20,000 nucleotides of DNA from positions 664,467 to 684,466 of the forward strand of contig MU054001.1 of the NCBI GenBank assembly GCA_013239625.1, in the 5' to 3' direction. Numbering within the stretch: position 1 is the first letter of the stretch; every line of letters begins with the position of its first letter. This DNA is from Lama guanicoe (taxonomy: Eukaryota). Made by a program: the position numbers and the translations under genes. Positions 11,016-20,000 of this stretch are shown here, one piece after another. The notes below the pieces were generated by a model that was not told the origin of the DNA, ran no database searches, and was given only the letters and a program-made list of their open reading frames with translations.

Positions 11016-11578
11016 ACAGAACATTATCAAACACTGAAATTTAGAATATGGAGTTTCCCACCTCGGAAAAATGCCAATTATTATGCATCTGGAAGAGCTA
11101 GCAAAATGATGACCAGTCTTAAAACAGCAGTGTAGTCATGGCCCCTAGTAAATAAAAAGCCGCTGTGTCAACCTGACCCCTGTGCAACGAATGTTTTTGT
11201 CTCTGCTCCCGTGAATGTCTAAGCACTTCTAAAGAGAAAATTTCAACTCTAGTTTTCCCCTTTGTGGGCCAATCTTTTGAACTGCAAATAGATGAACTGA
11301 GACTATTTATGCATTCAACTTCTCCTGTACATGTTTGTTTGACTGGTAAGATGGAAGGTATGGGGCTATTTAAAGATATCTTTGAGAATAATGTAAGTAC
11401 ACAAGGGGGCCAGGAATAATAGGTTAACATCACAGAAAATGTAGGTTGGGTATAAACTTCCCGGCAGTTGGCATGATTCAATTATGAAGTAGTATCCCAT
11501 AGGAAGGGCTTTGATCATCTGTGCTGGAGACGTTTGCAATTTTGCTGGATTTTTGAAAAATCTCTAAGTGATCTTTGC

Positions 11579-11606
11579 AAAAAACAACAACAACAACAAC
11601 AAAAAA
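11579..11606. repeat. (CAA)n microsatellite
   Basis: A run of CAA units flanked by short A runs. Confidence 0.9.
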
Positions 11607-11819
11607 CCAAGAGGATAGGCTGCTGAATTTGGGGTCTTTTTCTGCATTTCTTTCTTTCTTTCTTTTTTCCCTTCCACTTGCTAATTTCTTTGAATAATCA
11701 TTACAATGAACTGTCACAAAGGATTCATTTAAGATTTCAGAATAACGATGGCATCTGTGTACTTTGTAGAGGGCTACAGAAGCCTAATCCAATGCTGTTG
11801 GCTCCTTTATTTTTGGATA

Positions 11820-12703
11820 ACTGTTTAAAATAAGACACTGAGAGCAAAAAAAGAAAAAAAAAGAAAAAAAGAAAAAAAAACCCACACTCTAAAAATGTGT
11901 AGTTTAAAAAGTTATTATGAGCAAACCTCCCTGCAGTCACCCCTCAGATCAAGAAACAGGATTTTGCCAGGCACCCGAGAAGACCCTTTATGTGCCCCAT
12001 TCCAATCACAGCATCTTTCCTCCCCACAACCCTGACCTTTTGTGTCACATCCTTGTAGTTCTGTATAGTTTCATTGGTTAAGTTGGACATCCCTAGACAC
12101 TATGTTTTAGTCTTGCCCATTTTAAAAGACATTTTATGCTTTTAAAATTTCTCTCAATCTATAAGTTTTTCTCTCCATCCTTTCCTGTTCCTTAACTATT
12201 GCTGATGAAAGAACTTAGGACATTTGACCTGAGAGTTCCCCATAGTCTGGATTTTGTTGATTGCAAATTCAGGGTACCGTTTAGCATGCTCCTCCACCCA
12301 CTGTATTTCTTTCAAAGTGACCCAGAGGCTGGCCTGGACTCATGTTTGATCTGTTTGAGAAGAATGTAGTTGATGGTGTGCTCTTTCCCTGGGAAGCGCA
12401 TGAGTGTGCGTGTCTCTTTTGTGATATTAGCAGCTGTAGACATGTAATGCTTAGATCCTTTCACTCGAGTTTGGAAAATGATAATATTTTAACTCTTAAC
12501 ATTTGTTCCCATTTAGCTAGAAATGTGAATGTAAAGAGGTGCTTGCTCTCATCTGTATTTGATTGCCCAGTGGCACAATTTATACATGAAGATTGGATAA
12601 AGGCTTAGTTTCCCCCCTATATTTATGAATTTTCAAGATAATGAATTGGATCCCTACATTCCAAAGGTGACTAATCAGTGTCTTAAAAATATCGTTATGA
12701 ATT
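11820..12703 (-). mobile_element. L1MC4a-like 3' end, with an expanded A-rich tract at 11846-11880
   Basis: 'cagatcaagaaacaggattttgccag', 'catccctagacactat' and 'gagttccccatagtctggattttgttgattgca' match the recalled antisense L1MC4/L1MC4a 3'UTR. Confidence 0.8.
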
Positions 12704-12744
12704 ATCAAAAAAGAGAGAAATAAACCAATTGAGTACCAGAAGAG

Positions 12745-12855
12745 ATAAAGAAGGAGGGAGGGAAGGAAGGGAAGAAGGAAGGAGGGAAAGGGAAGGGGGC
12801 AAAGAAAAGAAAGAATAGGAGAGGAGAGGAAGCCAAAAGAAAGGAAAGAAAAAAA
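12745..12855. repeat. GA-rich simple repeat (GGAA/GAAA)
   Basis: About 110 nt of almost pure purine sequence. Confidence 0.9.
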
Positions 12856-13137
12856 ATACTTATATATAAATCTAACAAAACATGTGAAGAATCTGTAAGT
12901 GTAAAACTACAAAACACTAATGAAAGAAATCAGAGAAGAATAAATGGAGAGATATTTCCTGTCAGTGGACTTTAGTTTAAATTAATGTATTAATGTCAGT
13001 TCATTAATTTTAACAAATATATCATACTAATAATGTAAGATGCTTACAGTGGGTGTAGAACATATGGAAACTCTCTGGACTGTCTCTACAATTTTTCTGT
13101 AAACTATAACTATTCTAAAATAAAGTTTTTATTTACC
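12850..13137 (+). mobile_element. Internally deleted L1: ORF2 piece fused to an L1MC/L1MD-type 3' terminus
   Basis: ORF2-like 'aaatacttatatataaatctaacaaaacatgtg...aaaactacaaaacactaatgaaagaaatca...aataaatggagagatat', then 3' end 'ggactttagtt...aactctctggact...caatttttctgtaaac...aaaataaag'. Confidence 0.85.
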
Positions 13138-15329
13138 AAAGGTCATTACGAACTCGAGAATTTAGACATATTTGATAGGATTCAATCAGTTGCATTTTTC
13201 CTTCGTTTGTTTTGAAGCTTAAATTGTCCTGTTGCTGGCCTCTTCAAAGCTGGCTTTTGAGTCGTGTTCACATGACCCAAGTCTTTGAAAGTTTTCTGGA
13301 TATTTGGTACAACCAAGTATTCCTGGCTTATCTTTTATACTCCTGCCCGAGACATAAAAGCAATCATTTCTCCAAGAAACTGGTTTCTGCTGTTAGTTGG
13401 AAATGATATCTCAAGATCACCATCTTTGTGCCAGGAATGGTCATTTTTAGAAGTCATCAGTAGACCTCATGAGTTTATACTAATGATTCCACTTGAAATT
13501 CAAGACCCCAATCATTGGTTTAAAAAAAAAATTAACTTAGCCTCTCCTGTAATACATCTGTGTCTCCTTTTTCCCACAAGCAGAATCTTGATTCTCAAAG
13601 TTTCAGAACCATACTAACACTGTACCACCAACATAATTAAAAGAAAAGTTTGGTTTCTTTCCCATGTGTTCTTATTCTTCCTGCTTTATAGTTGTACCTA
13701 TAGATAGCTACACACCCAGGCATAATAGCCCTTACAAATTATACTCTTTTTTCTTTTAACCCTCATTTAGCCTTAGTTCCACAAGTAACTATATATTAAA
13801 GCTTACCAACAGTCCTCGTGTTGATGCCTTTCAAGTTGGTCGTCTGAAGCTTGTGTTAGAGAAACTTCCACAGGAAGGGCGCATGGGAACAATATTCTTT
13901 GAGTTCTTGTGTATTGATTACATCTGTCTGTATCCTTTGTACTTTAAAGGTACTATTATTAAATATTAAATTCTTGACATTTTCTTTCCTTGAATTTGTT
14001 GAATATTTTAGTCCATTTTCTTCTGACATAAAGTGCTATTGTTGAACTGATGTGTTTTTCTTTCCCTTATAAATCACTGTTCTTTTTTCTAGTTGTCTAA
14101 AGGCTTTCCCCCTTCCTTCCTTCCTTCCTCCTTCCCTCCTTCCTTGTTTCCCTCCCTTCTTCTTTCTATCCTTTTCTTTTTTCTTTCTATATTCATTTAT
14201 TTTCTTAGAGTATGTTTTAATGTTGGTAGGTTTGGGTCAGTAGCCTCAGATATGTAGTGTACTCTTTCAATGTGTAATTTCAAAACTTTTTTTTTTCAGT
14301 AAAGTTTTCCTGAATTATAATGTTTAGTATTTGTTCTCTTTCTTTGTTTTGGTTTTCATTTTTAAAGGCATCCCTGTTATTCCTAAGTTGGATAGTCTTT
14401 GGCTATCTTAAGTATTTGTCACTTTATTTCAAACCCTTTTTAGTTCTTTCTTAATTTCATTTATATTTATAATATTTTTGTTTTGATTTTTAATTTATCT
14501 TAAGGCATAATCCATCATATTCATTTATACTTGTGTTCCTTCTCATTTAATTTTCATTTCTGAAAGTTATTTTCAATTTCTACTCTTCTTATTCCTGTGG
14601 TCTCATCTCCAAGGTTTTCAAATTCTAATCAATACTGTACTTTTGTGTCCAGCATATTTTCTTATTGTCTTTTAGTTCATTTAAAAATAGAAGTTTATCA
14701 TTTTGATCAGTTTTGTGAGCATATTTTCCTGGCAAGCTTTCATTTTCTGCAGGAATGTTGTTCTGCACCTTTTGCTCTTTTTAAAATAATTTTGTATGGG
14801 ATTTATCTTTGGTATATATCTGTAGCTCATTTTTATGTAGAATTCATTTTTCTGAGCTTTTAGAAGGAAATCTATAAGGAAGCGTCCATAACTTCAAAGA
14901 ACTCCCTTCTTTGATATTTTTACCTAGTATTAAGATGCCCTTTCCTGACTCTGTTTCCCTCCTCCACATTTCCTTAGACCTTTCCCTTCCTTTGTGTGTG
15001 TTGACTCCTACTTAATTAGGAATCTGTTTCTGCGAGTTGTCCTCAGTGTGGGGTCCTCTCCTGGAAGGGAGTCCTGGTGTGCTAGCTTTGGATGTTGAGA
15101 GGAGCTAGATCTCTGCAGTCCCTTCACTTCGCACTGTGGATTCCTCCTACTCACCCACGATTGGAGTGGGCAAAACCCCTCCCAGTTTTAGCTACTCTTC
15201 TGGTATTGGTCTTCCTTGCTTTCTAGTGAACACTGTTGGCTATTTTGAGATTCTTCTGTTTCTAAGTTCATTGAATTCTCTGTTGCTTCCCTCTGTTTCT
15301 TCCTGCACAAGCCTAGTGTCATTGGTGGT
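13138..15329 (-). mobile_element. L1MC4a-like element, continuation (distal part uncertain)
   Basis: Resumes with 'tcattacgaactc...catatttgat', 'catttctccaagaaac' and 'catgagtttatactaat'. The sequence beyond is T-rich and looks like antisense L1, but I cannot firmly assign it past about 13900. Confidence 0.6.
14105..14190. repeat. (TTCC)n / CT-rich simple repeat
   Basis: ccttccttccttccttcctccttccc followed by TC-rich sequence. Confidence 0.9.
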
Positions 15330-16146
15330 TACGATATTGTGATTTATAATAAGAAATACATATTTGATCTTTATCCCTGTTTCCAGCACAAAGCTCCTAA
15401 AAGCGTTGGGATTTTCTAAGTGATAAGAGTAATAAAGGTGTCTTGATATTCATAAGTAATCCCTGTCAACCACACTTGAGTTTATGTTAATGAAGTGACT
15501 TTTGGAAAGCACCAGAGGATGAGGGCTGGTTGCCAGGGGAACCAACAATGTGACTGGAGAATTGGAACTTTCAGTCCCACCCCCTGACCTTCAGGGAGGG
15601 GAGAGGGGTCAATGATTTCATTAATTGTGCCTATATAGTAAAGCCTCCATAAAAATGCAAAAGGATGGGGTTCAGAGAGCTTCAGGTTGGTAAACATGTG
15701 GAGATTTGGGGAGAGTGGCATACTTAAGAGAGAGAACATGGAAGCCCTGCCTCCCTTCCTACACACACCTTGCAGTATGCACCTCTTCCATCTGGCTGCT
15801 CCTGAGTTATATCCTTTTATAATAAACTGGCAGTCTAGTAAGCAAAATGTTTCTCTGAGTTCTGTGAGCCACACTAGCAAATTAAACTCAAGAAGGGGGT
15901 CATTGGAACCTCCAGTCTATAGTAGGTTGGTCAAAAGCACAAGTGACAGTTTGGACTTGTGATTGATGTCTGAAGTTGGAGAGGGGGCAGTCTTGTAGGG
16001 CTGACCCCTTAACCTATGGGATCTGACACTATCTCTAGGTAGACAGTGACAGAATTGAGTTGAATCCTAGGACACCCAGCTGGTGTTGCAGAATTACTTG
16101 GTTGTATGGGGAAAATGCACACCTTAGAACTGATGTCAGAATTTTA
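15330..16146 (+). mobile_element. Solo LTR, MER21B/C-like
   Basis: Start 'gatattgtgatttataataagaaata', 'tgagtttatgttaatga', 'ggctggttgccaggggaaccaac', polyA signal AATAAA at 15821-15826, 'tctctgagttctgtgagcc', 'gaattgagttgaat' and 'ggacacccagctggtgt'. About 815 bp. Confidence 0.9.
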
Positions 16147-16483
16147 GTGGATTATTCCCACCTTTTATTTTTGAGGGGGGTTCCTGGGAATACTTGACAC
16201 ATGATATAATTATAAATGGTTTTCATACTGGGAATTGGGGAGGTTAAAAAACTATGCCACAGCTTCTCCCTCCTGCTGTTTTCAGAATTTCTCCATTTTT
16301 CAGGCCCATTCCTACACCGATTCATCTTTTGATAGCAAAGGCATAAATATTAATACATACAGAATATGAAACAGAAAACATTTATAGTTGTATTTTATTT
16401 AGAAATATTCATATATAAAATAAGTATTAACTTATGGAATCTGATTTTTGGGGAAAAATTTTCAGAAAGAAAGAAGTCAACAA

Positions 16484-16688
16484 AATGGGAAAAGGGAGAG
16501 TCCATGGGTAGGAGAGCTCCCTTTAGAATCAGAGGCCTCAGAGAGGAAGAGGCAGAAAAAAGTGGGAGAGTGGAATGAATATTTCCTCACCACCCTACAC
16601 AACCTCCCCCCGCCCCAACCCTGAAGTCACAGAAGTCACATCAAAAAATACATGCTTTTAGTGTTCTAAAATATATATACTAGTCACA
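16484..16688 (+). repeat. Left arm of an imperfect inverted duplication (partner 17520-17717)
   Basis: Shares exact blocks 'tcagagaggaagaggcagaaaaaa', 'tatttcctcaccaccctac' and 'tgaagtcacagaagtcacat' with the reverse complement of 17520-17717. Confidence 0.97.
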
Positions 16689-16711
16689 ATATCATAACCA
16701 TAACTCCTCTC

Positions 16712-16777
16712 TAAAACCAGATTGTATTACCTTTATTTTGCTGATGAGACAACTGAGACTCAGAGACAACGTGACCA
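16712..16777 (+). repeat. Direct duplicate of 18181-18246 (MIR-core derived)
   Basis: 61 of 66 positions identical without gaps by manual comparison. Confidence 0.95.
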
Positions 16778-17519
16778 CAAGGAAGATTTTTGCTAATAAT
16801 ACATTTTGGAAAGCTGTTCATCTTAAAGAATTTTAAGAAACTTTAAGAGAATTTGAAAAGCTGGTAAAATAAGAATATGCACCTCCTTAATTCACAGATG
16901 TGGTAATTGAATAGTCCCTGCAAATCTAATTCCAGACACAGTTCTTCAGACTATTGAGAACCTTAATGATCACAGATAGTCAACCTGGGTTGAAATTATC
17001 TGAATCCTTGTTTTTCCTTTTTTGTTTGTTTATTTGCTCCCCACACTCCCCCTTAGCCATATGATACCACTAGCATTACCATAACTGTAATTAATGTTCA
17101 AATAGACTGCTCCTATTTTCAACGTGCTTTTCATTTATCTAAAGCTTCTGACCCCCAACCTGCTCCAATTTTTTCCTCTGTTTTTCTTTCCTGTTCTCCT
17201 TCTAATGATGGACTCTAGCAATAAAATATATAAATACGAACCTCTTTCCTGAGTTCGTTCTTTGTAAATGGTGGATATCTGAGTACAGATGTAGTATTAT
17301 GAATATGGATGGAAAGTGGAAAACCAAATGCATCATTGTGAGGTCCTGTTGATCAAATATTTGAAATTTCTTACTTCCTTTGTACTTCTCTGATTGGGCG
17401 TTTATGCAGAATTGCAGGTGTTCCTTTTTTTCTAGTCACTTAAGTTCTTTCCCTCTGAAGATGGAAAGACAAATGATACTGATATACAATGAGAAAAAGA
17501 GAGAAGAACCCTGTGTGTC

Positions 17520-17717
17520 TGTGACTGGTATATATAGAACACTTAAGGCATGTGTTTTTCCATGTGACTTCTGTGACTTCAAGGTTGGGGTGGGGGGACG
17601 TTGGGTAGGGTGGTGAGGAAATAAATACTCATCCCACTCCCGTCCCATTTTTTTCTGCCTCTTCCTCTCTGATGCCAAAGGTGGCTCCCCTACCCATGGA
17701 ATTTCCCTTTTCCCATT
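17520..17717 (-). repeat. Right arm of the inverted duplication
   Basis: Reverse complement aligns end to end with 16484-16688, with scattered substitutions and about 4 short indels. Confidence 0.97.
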
Positions 17718-18066
17718 CCCTGCCCATGTTTCCCTTAGAAATCCTCTGATGAACTGTGCTGCTCACCGGTAGGAGAGTGTCAGAGATGACAGCTGCCCTT
17801 GGTGTCACAGTGTCCTGGAACTTACAGGAACTTGGCAGTCATGATAGAGGGTGACCCAGTGTTCGGTGACCACACCAAACAAGTCTTCCATCAATTTCCT
17901 TATTCTTGGCTCCATTCTGGGCATCGCTATATGAAGTGGGTACTAGGACACTGCTGGATCTCAGGCCTGGGCAGGGTTTTTGTGTCTGTTTGGCTCGTGG
18001 TAACATTTGCTTTGGTTCCATCTGTTCCTCTTCTTCCGGAGGTGTTCTTTGATGTTATGTGTGCCT

Positions 18067-18246
18067 GATAATAACACCAACAACTTAATGAACAGTGCCA
18101 CCATGCACTGGATACCCTACCAAGTGCCAGGTACTCTCCTGGTCCTTTTCTGTATACGATTCCAGCTCAGGGCAACCTTTTAAAACCAGATTGTATTACC
18201 TTTGTTTTGCTGATGAGGCAACTGAGGCTCAGAGACACCATGACCA
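18067..18246 (-). mobile_element. MIR SINE fragment (tail plus core)
   Basis: 'ataataacaccaac', 'cctaccaagtgccaggtactct' and core 'ttttgctgatgaggcaactgaggctcagaga'. Confidence 0.75.
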
Positions 18247-18290
18247 TCTGGGGTCTCACTTATTCTGTAGCAAGCATCCCTTCCAACGTA

Positions 18291-18806
18291 CATCCTCCCT
18301 CCAAACGTTGGACATGCACTGCTGGAAACAGAGAAGATAACTTTCAGGCCTCTGCGTGCATGAGGTAACCTTGAATCAATGGTGGCTGAGCTCCTTCCTT
18401 TTCGTATGCTCCTTCGATACCACCGGCTACGTGAAGCAGGAGCTCTGTCTGCTGGTGTTGAGGCTTGCACACGTGGCTGATGTTTGTTAATTTCCCCTTT
18501 TAATAAAGAGACAGTGGCCTCCAGCACTGAGCCTTGGGCAAGCAATTATATCCAACTGGAATTGAATAGTATCGTTGTTTTTATACTTGTATTTATTTTG
18601 TATTGCAACTTTCTTTTTATTCCAAGTGATATTAATTTCCCCTTCGTGGTAGTGATGAAAAGTTTCCTTTTAAGAGACATCAATCTAGATTTTAAGAAGT
18701 GGGCCAATGCAAAGAAAAATGTTAAATAAATAATGGTATGGATCATATGCAGATAGAGAATCTATGTAAAATTGATACTCAAATGACTGAAATGTTGGAA
18801 ACCTTG
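18291..18806. mobile_element. MER113-like hAT-Charlie element, apparently near full length
   Basis: 'ccttttaataaagagacagtggcctc', 'caagtgatatt', 'ggtagtgatgaaaagtttcctttta' and terminal 'aatgactgaaatgttggaaac' follow the recalled MER113 order. About 515 bp. Confidence 0.7.
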
Positions 18807-18950
18807 CTCTCCTCAATACTTCACTTATTTGGAAGCCAAGCCCACATGGGGCACAGAAGGACATGAGGACACATTGGTGCGTACACTTTTTTTGCACAGG
18901 CATTATTTTGTGACATTGTAGTTTTTTGACAGAGTTGAGTCATACAGCCC

Positions 18951-19425
18951 TTCAAATTATTCAATAAACATTTTCCCATGGCTCCATCTTTCCTGTGGGG
19001 GGATCGGATGGGTGCACCTGCAGAATGATCATAGAAGGTAGTGTGATAAAGACTGGAAGTGAGACATGGGCAGAGTGTGGCAGAGTCTGCAGACATGTGG
19101 GATCACTTCTGGAAGTAGGGATCCAGAAGGCTTCCTGAGGAAAGAGGCATTTGAGTTAGGCTTCAAGGAATGGGTAGCCATCAATTACATGGACATGGGG
19201 TGGAGGGAAGGGGGCAGAGAAACAGAGTGGAAAAGTACAATCTGAGTCTGGGAAATAGGTACTATCCAGTTTGCTCTGAGCACTGGGAGATGTTACCAGA
19301 AGAGTAGTTTGGAGAAAAATCCTCAAGATCCTTAAAAATTGGCCAAGGAGATGGGGCTTATTTTAGAATGGAGTTGGAATCCACTGAAGGCTCCTCGATA
19401 GGGAATGGAAATTACTAGGATCAGT
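18951..19425 (-). mobile_element. L2 3' fragment
   Basis: Tail 'attcaataaacattt', 'gaaggcttcctgaggaaagaggcatttgagttaggcttcaaggaatgggtag' and 'ccactgaagg'. Confidence 0.8.
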
Positions 19426-20000
19426 TACTCACAGCACTCAGTTGCCCCAAGAACCTGCATTGTCCCAAATTTGTCTTTTCCTCTTACATTAGGTGAGCTA
19501 CTTCTGAGGCCTCATTTCATGCCTAGAAAGCCTGTCCAAAATGCCCTTCACGCTGCTTAAAATTCCATCAGTATAAATCCATTCCTCTGGGCCTGATGAT
19601 TCAGGTTGAAAACTCTAGGAGGGGAGCATCTTGAGTTCTTGAATGCTGCGTTGGGTAAGCAGAGCTGGGCTTCTCAGTAGGCAGTTACCCAGGACTAGAA
19701 GGCTGGGAGATTTGGGGTTCTTGGTCATCTTTCCATCCACAAAAAACTGAGTTTCTCTTTTTCTCTGCTTTGGCCTGACTCCTCATGTGGAGATCACAAA
19801 GGGTCCTCCACCGGAAACCACATTTGTGGGGAAAGTAAAACAGTCAGCAGGGCTGTATAGGCAGATGGTGCAGAGGTGAATCTCTTTTGAGGCCAGTGGC
19901 CAACTTCTCTCTGAATACTAGAGGAGAAACCTTGAGGCCCAACTTTTTGGGTGTACCCAGGTGGCTGATTTTTTTTTTTTTTTCTTTTTCACATTTTTTA

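Noticed and set aside
12705..12917. Hydrophobic 70-aa ORF resembling a membrane peptide
   Set aside because: It is the translation of the GA-rich simple repeat on the opposite strand.
12745..14190. Complementary GA-rich and CT-rich tracts as a possible inverted repeat or triplex pair
   Set aside because: Generic simple repeats with no specific alignment between them.
15482..15962. ORFs of 132 aa and 91 aa
   Set aside because: They lie entirely within the MER21-like LTR and show no gag/pol/env similarity.
16484..17717. Inverted arms as the terminal repeats of a novel DNA transposon or MITE
   Set aside because: I see no target-site duplication, no known terminal motif and no transposase remnant, and the adjacent direct duplicate is better explained by local template switching. 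A genome-wide copy search would settle this.
1..20000. CRISPR array, tRNA/rRNA genes or a prokaryote-type system
   Set aside because: No regularly spaced repeats, no gene-dense ORFs and no structural RNA recognised; the tRNA-like boxes belong to MIR heads.

Overview
This window reads as non-coding placental-mammal DNA (intronic or intergenic). It is AT-rich and CpG-depleted, and roughly half of it is old interspersed repeats recognised by eye from remembered consensus sequences. These include MIR SINEs, L2, L1 (L1ME-, L1MA8/9- and L1MC4a-like), hAT elements (MER102, MER63, MER58A, MER5A, MER113) and LTRs (MLT1-like, MER21-like). I can support no protein-coding gene, RNA gene or CRISPR array, and the listed ORFs look like chance frames. 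I see no evidence of a new biological system. The most notable structure is a composite local duplication at 16484-16777: an inverted copy of 17520-17717, a 23-nt junction, then a direct copy of 18181-18246, with a G-quadruplex motif in the putative donor. Other points of interest are two nested insertions with readable target-site duplications, an internally deleted L1, and repeat-free or CpG-retaining blocks that may be enhancers. Subfamily names and most boundaries are approximate and need RepeatMasker/Dfam confirmation.
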